Origin: Selaginella moellendorffii
Taxonomy: Eukaryota > Plantae > Lycopodiophyta
Assembly: GCF_000143415.4 (NCBI RefSeq)
Contig: NW_003314376.1
Coordinates: 342,156 to 406,155, forward strand
Direction: 5' to 3'
Length of the DNA stretch: 64,000 nucleotides
In this document: positions 1 through 12,191 of the stretch, one piece after another
Position numbering within the stretch: the first letter of the stretch is position 1
How the letters are laid out: each line of letters starts with the position of its first letter
The notes under the pieces: model-generated
What the model was told of the DNA's origin: nothing
The model's input: only the letters and a program-made list of their open reading frames with translations
Database searches by the model: none
Translations under genes and position numbers: made by a program

Positions 1-400
1 AACGGTTTAAGAAAGTTTGTAAATTATAAACATGTTTATATATTATAAATACAAGACTAACAACTGTTAGATGGTAGAATATCCTAGAATATCCAAGCAT
101 ATTCTAGGTATATCCACTACCATCTCAGTGTTTGCTTAAGCAAACAAAAAATATGAGAGACAATACTTATCTCTTAATTAATTTGCAGTAGTATAATAGT
201 TATAAACATATTTATAATTTATAAATCAATATTAATATTATTTCATATCAATAGTAGAATTTATACTAGAAAATAAGTTTATAAATTATAAATAAAAATA
301 TTAATCTAAATGAACAACAAATATTAGATATTAAAAAATCATAGAATCTGCAAGCATATTTTAAGTATATTCAATACCCCTACAGGTTTCCTTAAGAAAA
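1..400. repeat. AT-rich dispersed repeat (non-autonomous TE-like), internally duplicated
   Basis: ATGGTAGAATATCCTAGAATATCCAAGCA and its flanks recur at ~38830-38970 (same strand) and related sequence occurs at ~7850-8090 (reverse complement). A second degenerate unit lies at ~275-400. Confidence 0.7.
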
Positions 401-519
401 CCAATTCTAGATCTATAGTGTTTGGTCACTTTAAACCTGTACAAGCTTATTCAGAAACCTATTTACATTAGTATATGAACTTTTGTTTCCATAAATTCTT
501 TGATTAAACCCACTTAAAA

Positions 520-1403
520 CTTGGGGCTTAATTTTCTCTGAGATTTTGTTGTAGATTAGATGTTATATTGTTCTTTTAACCATAACCTATACAAATATAC
601 AAACTTTATAATTACAATTCAAGTTATTTAAATCTTTCTTGATTTCATATTAGTAGACAAGAAACAACAAATATATGAAGATTATAAATACTTAGTCAAA
701 GGAAGAAAATGCAACATACTCAAAGGCATTATAGTTAAAAGTAAAAGATCAATATCAAACAACAATACCATCATCATGAATATACAATTTTTAGTTATAG
801 AAGTGATACTGTAAATGAGAAGCGTTACAACATCATAATCAAGTAATTCCATTACATATAATTCTTTAAACATTAAAAATTCTAAAATCTTTCATTCTTT
901 GCATAGGATGGATCCAAATCTTAAACTTTGGATTCATCATCACATCTGAACATGGGGTGAAAAAATAGATATTGGTAAAATAAATTTTATCTATAAATTA
1001 CACCAAAAACAATATAGAGCATTTCTTATAATTACATTCAAAGAGACTTTATATTAATAATGAAAGGGCTTAATATAAATATTAACTGTGAATGCTCGGG
1101 ATATAAAAATAGGTATATTAATTGGGGTTTAAACCTCTGCTTATCTACAAGAATGGATGGACCAAATTCAGTCATAAATGGATGGTCCACATGTTATAAT
1201 ATTATAATTAATGTATTAACTAGCTAGGGTAATACATGTATTTACAAACCTTCTTCAAAAGATGAAAAGATGATAATAATAAGTCAGGTGAAACATCTGG
1301 AACCTTTACTAGGCAATTATAAACTATCACAAGAATCTAAAATTCCCACAAAATCACTAATACAACTGCTGATAACCATGATTGAAATAAAATCCAAAGC
1401 CAT
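520..1403 (-). pseudogene. Highly degenerate class III peroxidase pseudogene
   Basis: Minus-strand remnants occur in the correct order: VSPDLLLSSFH..|GT donor (cf. APGLLRLHFHDCF), CGPSILVD (GCDASILLD), RAFTV..IK (RGF.VID.IK), DLDPSYAK (LDP.YA), LLFDIDLLLL (GLL.SD..LL) and F..VMVK.NI (AMVKMGNI). Many stops and frameshifts. Confidence 0.45.
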
Positions 1404-1917
1404 GGCATAAGCAATAGCCGACTATAGAACTTTGATGAAATGCACTTAAATTTTGAATGATGTTTCCAATTTTAAAATTTTGTAAGAAAAAAAAGTTACT
1501 CATTTGAAAGACTTTTAGCTATACAAATATGTTTACTAGCAAACCAAAATGCCAAATAATATTAGTGTTTAAACAATTTAATTGGTACAGAAGACCATAC
1601 TAATTGATTTATATTGTGTTGGTTTTACCAATTGCTTTACTCATCCTCTTGCATAACACTGCAAAGCAAAACACTATCCCTTTTCCTCCTCCTCATGTGA
1701 ATACTATTACTATATTATGTATTATTATTATAAGCATTAGTAACATTCTTCATGGTTGCCTGCAGATGCAGCTGCTTGGCTATAGAAACTTGCTGGAGAT
1801 GGTGGTCTTTCCAAAGCTCATCTCTCAAAAGGCTCTTGAAATGCAACAAAGCTGCCAGAAAGGATGAGCATTAGCATGGTGAAGAGAAAAGTTTTGGCAT
1901 TTTTGTTTCTTTGCTAA

Positions 1918-1964
1918 GGGGAGATAGCTCAGATGGTAGAGCGCTCGCTTAGGGATCATCTCCA
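1918..1964 (+). pseudogene. Internally deleted tRNA-Ala(AGC) pseudogene
   Basis: GGGGAGATAGCTCAGATGGTAGAGCGCTCGCTTAG matches the 5' half of plant tRNA-Ala up to the anticodon. It is joined directly to GGATC-ATCTCCA, remnants of the T-loop and the 3' acceptor stem. Confidence 0.75.
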
Positions 1965-2397
1965 AATATGTTCAATTATTTGACCGATTTTCCTGGTGTT
2001 GACCTCTGGGGGAGCTATGGATGGATGTTGCACCGTGAGACTATCAGCAGAGCAATGCATAGATATTTATCTTATGTTTATTTTTCCCACTTTTTTGCAA
2101 ACGAGTAAAAAAGTTTTGTTCACTGCAAGTACATTACGATTGAGCCTGCCATCAAATTAAAGATGTCTTATCTTTTTGAAATATTGAGCATTTCGTGATT
2201 GTGAAATTAAATCGCTGTTCACATCTAGGTTTGGGCTCTTTGGCATGCTCAGTTCAAGTCCAACAAGCCACAGCGTCACAAACTCTCAAGTCTATTCATG
2301 TTTTTTTCACAAAGCCAAAAATACCTCTTTATTTTCTAAGTCAAAGGGTTAGGTTATAATCTTTTTCGCTTGGATTTTTCTATTGTCGAGGTAAGCT

Positions 2398-3118
2398 ATG
2401 GTCTCTCGCGCTCACGCCGCCCCAACGCTTGCCCGCCGAGCTCCAGCGCCCTGGCACTTCACACCCGCGAGCTCCAGCTCTAGCTCCAGCACATCCACCA
2501 CACCATCCTCGAGGAGGCCACGAGCCAGCGCCAGCTTTAGCTCCACTTCTTCAAGGTGACGCTCCAGTTCGAGCCCCAGCGGCAGCTGCTTTCGTTCACC
2601 CTGCTCGCGGCCCCCCTGCTCATCTAGCTCCAGCGCCTGATGCTCACCACCACGATCCAGCTCCAGCAGCAGCAGTGTACCATCATCATCACGGTGATGG
2701 AGCTCCTCTGGTTGTTCACCACTATCACCATGGTCACCACCATGGAGGACGCCACAACCACCACCACCACCACCACCACCACCACCATCGTCGCGAGGGT
2801 CCGGACACAGCAGTGGCCACACCAACACCCGCAGCAGTAGTTACAGTGGTTCGGAGGACGCCGTGGTCGCTGCTCCAGCTTCTTCTGTGGGTTTTGGTTG
2901 CGATCTTGGTGCTGCTCGCATTCTTTTTGCTCGTGCGATGGATGTTCTCTCGGAGGAAGAATGCGATCTTTCAGGATCCCGGGTGGCAGATCGAAGTTGT
3001 GGTGGACGATTCTCTGACTGAGAAGAAACAGCTGGAAGCTCACACTCGTGGTTCGCACAGCAATGGCACTCTGGGATTCTCCTCAAAGTGTCCTGCCAAC
3101 ACTGGCAGTGACGCGTAA
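2398..3118 (+). CDS. His-rich, Ala/Pro-rich (AGP-like) single-pass membrane protein; apparent frameshift near the 5' end
   Basis: ORF 2429-3118 has APA/PAP repeats, a poly-His tract, a hydrophobic helix (WSLLQLLLWVLVAILVLLAFFLLVRWMF) and a basic stop-transfer (RRK). The ATG at 2398 joins this frame only if one C at 2449-2451 is removed. A possible donor GTAAGT lies at 3115. Confidence 0.5.
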
Positions 3119-4618
3119 GTCAGCTATGTTGCATGCGTTGTCACATGGAAGATTGTGTACAAACAATCTTCAAGGAAATGAAGTTGCAGAGCAAGAGGAC
3201 AGCAGGCTCTTGCTCACGGACGGTATACAAGGGTCGACTGGTGGAAGTCACCAGATTTGGAAGTTATTGCACAGCTGGCTCCGAAAATGGACTGGAAAAT
3301 AGAGTAAGAACCTACCAAGTTTCGATTTGACTGAGCTATTCTCTAGAGTGACGGGGGAGCAGCCTCCAAAGGCCAGAGAAGTTGCTTGAGACGAAAGGTT
3401 TGAGAAAGGTAACGTATTCTCTGTTCTTGCAGGCGCTCAAATCTCAACTTCGATGAGAAGAAGCAGTGCAGGGCATAGCGGCCAGATAAGTTTCTCCAGA
3501 GTCAAGAGCATCATAAGCCGGGAATCAAACAAGTGCAATTTCTACACTGCGGCTTGCAACACAGGCTGTTCAACAGGATGGGACGAAGAACAGGATTGGT
3601 TGGTCTACCTTGCAAATTGTGAATACAAAGCCGTATGCATTCGTCGCAAGCAGCCTCGTGGACATGTGGAAGCATCAGAAGTGTTCAGGAGGCAGCCAAA
3701 CGCTCAGACTTTCATGGTGGCGCTCAAGGCACGCGGCGACTTAGCAGAGAAGAGGCTCCACTCGCAGATCCGGGAGAGAAATCTGGACGGAATAAACTAC
3801 TCGCGTGCTTGCTCAGTGTGGAGACATGCCTGCTGCTCGAGAAGTTTTCCACCCAAAGTTCAGAAGTACTTTGACGTCACTGTCATGGTGACACACTTCT
3901 TCTTGCACTACTCATTTGGAGTAACAGGAGAGCGCCTTATGAAGCATTTGAGAACTGATGTTCATAGGTACTTTAGTTTTTTTCACTAGTTCATAGCTTT
4001 TTTATTTCCGTTCTATAGCCTTCACAAGATGCAATTTTAATGTGGAGAGGGTATTAGAAGGTCTTTTGCGCATCTCACCTTTTGGAAGGTATTTATCACT
4101 CAAAGCAACCATACTTCTAATTTAGGTGTTTGGGAGCTGCCTGAGAACCAGGAGTGCTGCGTCAGAACGAAAGAGCTATCATTGAAGGCCAATCTCATGG
4201 ATTCGAAACTTAATCAAAATGAGAGAAAAGGTTTTCTCGGGAGCTTGTAGCTGTCAATGAAACCTAAACAAAGATGGTTCGTTAAAACAAGCGAAAGGAT
4301 CTCCATGAGAGACAATTGTGCTCTGAATCATTCTCTCACGAATGTTTATTTATATATGCCGAGACAATTATGGTGATTGGTCTTTTAAATATATAATTGC
4401 AGTTTATCAAAGCGTGCTTTAGGTCTTCAATGGGTTACTCCTCTAAAGCTTACCTCAGATGAATGTCTTATACTTTATTTACCCTTAGCTAAAATTGCTT
4501 GCTAGATTAATGGTAATTGTTTTTTATTTATACATGCATTTTTTCGTCTCGCTCTCTTCCATGAAGAGATTTATAATGCATTGTTGTCCCACAAGTACAT
4601 CTACAATTTATAAAATTT

Positions 4619-5953
4619 ATGCACGGGATAAAAATGGATATGACTTCATGTACTCAAGCTTTGTGCGATTTCGCCCGAAAAAAATTGATCAATCAAGCCC
4701 AGATAGTCTTTCAATCAATGCCAGAGTGGGATTTGATTGCGTGGAATGGAATGCTTGCCGCATATGCCACAGCTAGGCATTTGGCTGCTACCAAATCCCA
4801 TTTCGATTCCATGCCCGAGAGGAGCCTCGTCTCCTTTAACACAATGCTCTCGGCATTCTTGGTGGCAGGGGAAATGGAGGGAGAAGAGGCGATCAAAGTG
4901 GCAGAGCTCTTCTTCGCCCAGATGCCCAACCGCGACCTCGTCTCTTGCAATGCGATGCTGAACGCGTATGCCAAGAGAGGGCATCTGTGCCGCGCACGTA
5001 TCCTCTTCGCCGCCATGCCAGAGCACGACGCCATCACGATCACCACCATGATCCACACGCTCGCTCGGGGCTCGGGAGATTTGGAATCGGCGCGGTTTTT
5101 CTTTGATTCTACCCCCGTTCGGGACGAGCTGTGTTGGAACGCGATGATCACCGCGTATGCCCAGCGCGGGCATACCGTCGAAGCGAGAAAGCTATTTGAT
5201 TCCATGCCCGCCAAGATCGATTCTTCCTGGAATTCGATGCTCTCGGCTTACATCCAAGCTTCAGATCTGGCGAGCGCCGAGGATTTCTTCTTTCATGCCA
5301 TGGCCGAGTGGAATCTCATCGCCTGCACAGCGATGATCGCAGCGTATGCCCAAAACGGGCATCTGTCCAAGGCCGAGGAGATCTTCGCGGCGATGGAGGA
5401 GGCGAGCTTGGTTTCCTGGACCGCTATGCTCGACGGATACGCGCGCAATGGATTCGTTCGAAACGCTGCCTCGATCTTTCACTCCATGCCAGAGAGAAAC
5501 TTCGTTGCGTGGAGTGTCATGGCTTCTACGTTTGCTCGCAAAGAATGCCATCGCCACCTTTCGAGAAAGACGAGCGAATTCTTAGTTTTGGCTGACGTCT
5601 CAGTGTGGAACTCTCTCCTGGCCTGTTGCGCTCAATCCCAGAGCGCTAGCCTTTGCTCGCAAAGAGCGTTCCAGATCTTGAGCTCGATGAGTTGCGATGG
5701 GTTACGTCCAGATGAGAGCTCTTTCGTCTCGATCTTGCTGTCTTGCAGTCGATCTGGCCACGTTGATGCTGCTCGTCGATGCTTTAGCTGCCTAAGCTCG
5801 GATTTCTTCGTTGTGCCCAGTAAGAAACTCCATAGCTGCGTCATTGACACACTATGTCGGGCAGCGTTTCGCCGAGACGCGAGCGAGCTTGTTTTCAGCA
5901 TGCCTTTCAAGCCAGACTCGGTGGACCTGAGCTCGATTCATCAACTGTTGTAA
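4619..5953 (+). CDS. PLS-class pentatricopeptide repeat protein (short S-type repeats, truncated E domain)
   Basis: 444-aa intronless ORF with tandem 'FDSMPE....WNAM..AYA..GH...A' repeats. It ends '...CVIDTLCRA..A.ELV.SMPFKPD', the start of an E domain. Confidence 0.9.
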   Translation: MHGIKMDMTSCTQALCDFARKKLINQAQIVFQSMPEWDLIAWNGMLAAYATARHLAATKSHFDSMPERSLVSFNTMLSAFLVAGEMEGEEAIKVAELFFAQMPNRDLVSCNAMLNAYAKRGHLCRARILFAAMPEHDAITITTMIHTLARGSGDLESARFFFDSTPVRDELCWNAMITAYAQRGHTVEARKLFDSMPAKIDSSWNSMLSAYIQASDLASAEDFFFHAMAEWNLIACTAMIAAYAQNGHLSKAEEIFAAMEEASLVSWTAMLDGYARNGFVRNAASIFHSMPERNFVAWSVMASTFARKECHRHLSRKTSEFLVLADVSVWNSLLACCAQSQSASLCSQRAFQILSSMSCDGLRPDESSFVSILLSCSRSGHVDAARRCFSCLSSDFFVVPSKKLHSCVIDTLCRAAFRRDASELVFSMPFKPDSVDLSSIHQLL

Positions 5954-5997
5954 GACATCGAGTGGATTGATCTAAGAGTTTATCGAAGAGCTTTTAG

Positions 5998-6190
5998 TTA
6001 CCGGTTGATCCATTCATTGGCACGGCCACCCGACTCATCCACGGCTTTGCCAATGCGTGGCCCCTCTTCTGTCTTCTCGAGGCTGGAGCGAATCACCGTG
6101 GCTCCCCAGCACTGGAGAGCGTTGGCCACATCGTCCAAGTGTAGGAGATATTCTTCCTCACTCAGTGGAAACGATCTCTAGAAGAAAATA
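5998..6190 (-). pseudogene. Duplicated last exon of the DUF3067 gene with small deletions
   Basis: Near-identical to 9282-9495 (RSFPLSEEEYLLHLDDVANALQCWGA...RPRIGKAV...ANEWINR) but with internal deletions. Upstream exons are absent. Confidence 0.85.
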
Positions 6191-6830
6191 TGTAATTGTT
6201 CAGGGCTTGAATGCTTCTAGACACTAGATCAAACTTCAAATTTAAATCATAGAATCTCAAAACTTGTCAAGATTCCTTGGGAGTTAATTCATATGTTGTT
6301 TAGAATTGTGGCAAAATCGAGACCTCTCTAATCTCAAGAGATTACATTCTTGTCATCACGTCCAGGAATTTAGGAGAGAGTGATCAAAGAGTTTCAAATG
6401 ACATATGATCAGAAACTCTGGTCTTATATGAGAGCTCTGGGTTTTTGTGCTGCAGTCTCTGTTGTATGGAAGGATTTTTACTCCGCTCGCAGCTGTGCAC
6501 TGAGAGTGGAAGAACTGGATCTCGCGTCGCCGCTGATTACTGCGAGGATGTTCACAGATGCCAGTCTGGAGCGCAATCTAGATTCCCGATCGCCATGGTG
6601 AAGGCTTAGGAGATCACGTCGGCCTGAAGACCTCAATAGCGGCGGTGGTGGTGTAGACCTGACGTATCGCCGCGGCATCCACAACTTGGATCATCTTGTT
6701 CCACCTTGACCGCGGCAAATCCCGTGTCTCGGCATCCACGCGTTCCAGGCCACAACTTTCTTGCGAGCGCGCGATCATGTTGGAAGGTTCCGTCCACATT
6801 CATGGAATATCCCAATTTTCAAATATAGAT

Positions 6831-7496
6831 TTAAACAAACATTTTATAAATCTCATGCAACTTATCAATGGTCCTCCTGTCTAGACTGAAAGTCGCTTCC
6901 AAAACCTTGTAACTCAACTTCGGTCCAAACAAAGAAAAGGATGGGATCTGGAACGAAGGATTCTCGCTGTTTAAAATGGCCAAAACTATAGCGTGATCTT
7001 CCCCCATGTTGATCAAATAGTGAAGAACTCCACGGGGAATTATAAACAAATCGCTCGCGGTCAAATTCCTCGCAAAGAGCCTGTTGTTAGTGTCCACAAA
7101 GCCGGCCTCCACAAATCCCTTCTCCACATAGATGAGCTCGCTTGCCCGAGGATGAGCGTGAGCTCTCGCAACTCCTTTGGGGCCGAGATAGTTTCGCGCC
7201 ACGGACAATCCCATCGTGTTGAGTCCCGGAAATGTGCTGACAATAGCTTGAGCGAAATCAAACGGGTTGGGCTTGTGTCAGGTATTCACCTTGGTGCGAA
7301 ACAAGCTCGAGTGGAAGTCTTTTGAAGATACCTCTGAGTATGGCTTGCACTTCATGAAACCTTCACTAATATTGTTCCGTGGGATGCAAAAGTCCTAGAT
7401 TGGATCGGGATCTGCAGCTCTCACAAGGACAAGAATGTCGTTTAAGGATGAGAGGAATAGAGAAAGCAATAAAAGTGAATACAATTGCATAGCCAT
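6831..7496 (-). pseudogene. Germin-like protein (cupin), intronless, with two in-frame stops
   Basis: ATG at 7496, then a signal peptide, ADPDPI*DFC (TAG 7395-7397), VNT*HK (TGA 7278-7280), FPGLNTMG, germin box 1 (HAHPRASE) and box 2 (IPRGVLHYLIN). All are in one frame. Confidence 0.85.
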
Positions 7497-7849
7497 GGGA
7501 TGTTATAAGTTAACTGATGCGTGATTTCATTTGCTCTCGTGATTTGGACACCACGTAAAAGCTGGTAACTTGAGTCAAACTTGTGACTATTGCTAAGCAT
7601 TACAAGCCAAGACACGTGGTGTATGAAAATGATTAGTAATAGGGAAGAAAATTATTTTTTATTAATGTAAACAATAAAAATGAGATAACTTAGTTGTTAT
7701 CTGATTCTCAAATACTTACACAACAAAGCTATTAAGTAGCTCTATAAAATAATTTATAGAATAACTATATATACGGTGATATAAATGTACAGCTGATTAA
7801 ACATATGAAAATATAAAGTAAATTCTTAAAGCTGCTTGAGCAACCCAGT

Positions 7850-8090
7850 GTAAGGATATTTCACCATTGTTATTCATTTATATTAGTTTTGTATTTATAA
7901 TTTATAAACATGTTTATAATATATAAACTTTCCCAAACACTTCCTAGTATATTCTATTTTATTCTACCATTCAATGGTTGACATGCAATAATATTAATTT
8001 CGTGTTTATCAAATTATAAACATTTGATCATTTGAATTAATAAATAAGAATAACACTATTATTAAGAAAACTAAGCATTGCTACATGTAA
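7850..8090. repeat. Inverted copy of the AT-rich dispersed repeat
   Basis: Reverse complement aligns by eye with ~38670-38900 and 1-70. Confidence 0.65.
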
Positions 8091-8655
8091 TGGGTAGTAA
8101 ATTATTCTAAGTGTTAGTATAAAATAAATTAAAAGGTATATTTAATATCTCAAAAATGAAAATATCTTGATCAAAACTACAATCAGAAATTATTTTGTAA
8201 ATTTTTAAGTTTAAAAATGGGATTACTACTTTATATTCTATAACTATATCATCATCATAGATAAAAGATAATCTTGGAAACTATATGTGAACCATCACAA
8301 AAATGATATTTGTTAAAAATTTTATAATACACCGTATTTGTTTATTTTATGGCAAACAAAATATATGTTATAATCTTTCAAAAGTGTTTAAACAGAAGAA
8401 AAAAAATTAATCTATTGATTCAGTTTGGACAAGGAGGTTCATAAGGTTTAAATAATAATTATTGTCTTTGAGTGGAAAAGTTTCTTATTTACAATTGTGT
8501 TTCCTATTTAATTATAAATATTTATATATTAATTTAAATAATCAATGTTTTCATTTTTCTTTTATCATATCACAATTTAGGAATAGCATATGCAACACCT
8601 TGGCATTTTTTATTCCATGTGACATAGGCCGATTGCATTACGGTGCAGGCCAAGT

Positions 8656-9214
8656 GATCAAAGTGGCAGAGCTCTTCTTCAGCAATGCGATGTCAAGCGA
8701 GCCATTCACTCCATCATGACCGAAGCATGATCACTACCATACACTTGCTCGGGGCTCCAGAGATCTGTGTGCTGGAACGCGATGACTACCGCGTATGCCC
8801 AGCGCAGGCATACTATCGAAGCGAGAAAGCTATTGACTCCATGCCCGCCAAGATCGATCTTCCTGGAATTCGATGCTCTCGTCTTCAGATCTTCGCTCGC
8901 TTTCTTGGAAAACTGGTGATGGCGAGCAAACGCGGAAGCCATGACACTCCAGGCAGCTTTTCCGGCATGGAGTGGAAGATCGAAGTAGCGTTTCGAACGA
9001 ATCCATTGTGCGCGTAGCCGTGGAGCATAGGAAACCAAGCTCGCCTCCTTCATCGCCGTGAAGATCTCCTAGGCCTTGGACAGAAGCCCGTTTTGAGTAT
9101 ATGCGATCACACGCTGTACCGGGCAGCGTTTCGTCGAGATGCGCGCGAGCTTGCTTTCAGCATGCCTTTCAAGCCAGACTCGTGGACTTTAGCTCGATTC
9201 ATCAACCGTTGTAA
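8656..9214 (+). pseudogene. Degraded copy of the PPR gene at 4619-5953 with an internal inversion
   Basis: 8656-8890 matches 4891-5268 with many deletions. ~8892-9108 is the reverse complement of ~5335-5580. 9108-9214 matches 5848-5954. Confidence 0.9.
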
Positions 9215-9281
9215 GAAGAGATCGACCAAAATCAATCAGTGGATCCATCCGAGAGATGAAAGACTTTTTCGAGAGCTTTAG

Positions 9282-10121
9282 TTACCGGTTGATCCATTCG
9301 TTGGCACGACCACCCGACTCGTCCATGTCGATGAAGAGGCTCACGGCCTTGCCAATGCGTGGCCTCTCTTTTGTCTTCTCGAGGCTGGAGCGAATCACCG
9401 ATACGGCTCCCCAGCACTTGAGAGCGTTGGCCACATCGTCCAAGTGTAGGAGATACTCTTCCTCACTCAGTGGAAACGATCTCTGGAAGAAAACATAGCC
9501 ATAGAAGCTCGAGTTTAAGCAAGAATCTAGCTCCAAAGTACCTGTTCTCGATATTTCCACATGACATTCATGGCCAAGTATTGCTTCCCCAAGAATTCCT
9601 GTGGATGGATGGATCGTGAGCAAGCATCGAAAACACTGTCCTTTGCTGGAAGAAGTTCTTCGAGTCTTACCTTCTTGATGAGCTGAACGTCGTAAGATCT
9701 TCCATACTTCTTTCGAATCAGGCCCGCCAGATCAATCCCGCTGAAGCTCATCTCGTTCTTGTCCACGCTCTTTTCCAGGTCCTCCCGGAATCTCTCGGCA
9801 TCTGCCTACACAGCGCGAGTCACAAGAACAAGAAATATTACCGAGAGAAGACTGCGATCGATCGCATTGCCTACTCACATCTGCTGGATTCCACTTCAGA
9901 TCCTCGCTCTCTTCTTCATCATCGCTCTCCGACGAATCTCTGCTCGCGGCGGAGGCCCTTACTTGGACGAAGCAGCACCTGATCGGCGGCTGGCACGACG
10001 ACGAGAAGGCTACTGCCGCTCGAATACCAAATTTCTTCGTCTGGATCAATCCACCGCAATCCAAGAGAGCGATCGAGGCCGCGCGATCCGATGCCGCCGC
10101 GCAAGCGCTGAGCTGCTTCAT
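9282..10121 (-). CDS. DUF3067 family protein, probably plastid-targeted; exons 10121-9879, 9805-9671, 9598-9542, 9482-9282
   Basis: The spliced product reads LIRKKYGRSYDVQL...VMWKYREQRSFPLSEEEYLLHLD...RPRIGKAVS...RANEW, the cyanobacterial/plant DUF3067 signature. All introns are GT-AG and the N-terminus resembles a transit peptide. Confidence 0.85.
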
Positions 10122-10293
10122 TGTTGTTGCCCTAGATTATGGCCGCCCGCCATCGCAAAGCTCATTGGCCATTCATTCCCGCCACGTATCTTTGCTGACC
10201 TGGCATTTTCTTGCCCACAAGTTTGAAAGCATTGGTTTTAGGTCATTTTATTTCCATCGTTCTAGCTGGGAGCTATGCTCCCGCGCCATCGTC

Positions 10294-12191
10294 ATGGATC
10301 CCCTTCTTAGCAGCTCGTTGGTAGGGCATGGCGTGAGAAGCATTGATCTTCACAGCAAGCTATTGCTACTCGGTGGATTTAGTTATGGCAGTAGTCCAGG
10401 AATCCAGAAAATTTCATCTGCGCGGAGGTTCAAGGCTTCTGGATCATCCGCAGCGGCGGATAATCTCATCGACGATCGCAGCGCCGAGGACTCACCAGTT
10501 AGCTCCTCGATTGGAGTGAAGGAGCCGGTTTACGAGGTGAAAATCTCTCTCGGCTTATATTCTCAGCTAACTATTGCTTTCCAGGTTCTACAAGTGGATC
10601 CCAGAGGGAATGTGATCAAGAAAGAAGTTAGCCGGCGACAATTGCTAAAGACCAGCGGTAAGAGGTAGTGAGCTTGGTTTCCTTCTTGCTGGATTGGTGA
10701 TGTTTCTATGTTTCCTTGGTCAGGTTTGAGGCTACGTGATATAAGGAGCGTAGACCCGTCGCTATGGGTCACAAACTCGATGCCATCCTTGCTGGTAATC
10801 CTCGTGTTTCTCTTGGAGGATTTCTATCATGCTTGTTTTGCTAGAACTGGATCAGGTACGAGACAATGCGATATTGTTGAACCTCGGTAGCTTGAGAGCA
10901 ATTGCTACTCCCGAAAGTGTTCTTCTCTTCGACCACAAGAAGTAAGAAAGAAAGTGATCGTCTTGCTTGTGGTGATTTGCTCACACTGCTGCAGCATTGG
11001 TGCACAGCTGTTCTTGGAGACCATCGTTCAGCGACTTAACGTAGAAAATTCTGGAAGCGTGTCAATGCCCTTTGAGCTGGAGGTAGGCAACCTCTTAAGA
11101 AATATCACAGACTCTTAAGCTGAATTGGTTAGCTAGGTAATCGAAGCAGCATTGATTTCCAGAACGCAGAGGCTGGAACAAACCTTGATGAAGGTTGAAC
11201 CTAAAGTAAGAATCATCGATCACTAAACGCTGGCCTTGTGTAACGATTAAATGAACAGGTGTTGGCGTTGCTGGAAATATTGCCAAATAAACTCACAGGG
11301 GATGTTCTGGAGGACCTTCGAGTTAGCAAGCAATCACTGGTAAACGAACTTTCTTGTACGTATGATTCGTGACCTTCGAACATTTCAGGTGGAACTCATA
11401 GCGAAGTCAGACGCTCTGAGACAAATGCTTCTCGACTTGCTTGAAACTCCACAGGACATTCGTAGGATGGCGATCCTCGGGCGCAATTGCAGGCTGGGCA
11501 ATAACGGGTCATTCGAATGCGTCGTATCAGCTGATAAGCAAATCGCCGAAGGTATTGTAGATATGATTTGCGCTTTTTCTCATCGATCGATTTTTCCAGA
11601 CGAGGAAGAGGAGATCGAAATGCTTATAGAAAACTACCTGCAACGGTACGTGCGATTAAGTTTGAACAAGTATGGATTTTCCACTCGATTCTATATGATA
11701 GAAGCGAGTCATGTCACGGCCAAGCGCAAAAGCTCCTTGATTCCGCTAGAGAGATGGAGGACTCCATTGCTGTAAACTTGAGGTATGGATCCCAAAATCG
11801 GAGTAAACCATGACCTGATCGTTTCCTTTGTACACTTTCAGCTCTAGACGGCTTGAAGTTGGTCGCCTGGAACTTTTGCTCCAGGTAGCAACATTCTGCT
11901 CGGCCCTGGGTGCTCTCATCGCGGGTAGAGTCTCTGGATTATAGTTGTTCTCCCTGCAAACTCTAATTGCGAAACACACGCGCAGGGCTCTTCGGGATGA
12001 ACTTGAGATCCTATTTGGAAGAACGCACCGTAAGAACGGTTTTCCTTTCGTGCATCTCACAGCAATGCTAACGCTCCAAGCCTTCGTGATTGCAGTACGC
12101 GTTTTGGCTCACCACGGGGGGAATAATCGTCGGGGGCATCATGCTGTTCTTGATGATGTACAATTATCTCAAACAGCGACGGATTCTCTAA
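10294..12191 (+). CDS. MRS2-11: Chloroplast-type CorA/MRS2 magnesium transporter (~13 exons)
   Basis: Exons give LRLRDIRSVDPSLW, ILLNLGSLRAIA, MPFELEVIEAAL, EEEEIEMLIENYLQR, AREMEDSIAVNL, the FGMNL motif (~11991-12005) and two C-terminal TM helices. Stop TAA is at 12189-12191. Confidence 0.92.

Noticed and set aside
6380-6800. Possible PPR E-domain remnant
   Set aside because: Similarity is too weak to support.
7278-7397. Repair of the germin stops by U-to-C RNA editing
   Set aside because: U-to-C editing is organellar and this is a nuclear secretory gene. Methyl-C deamination explains the stops more simply.
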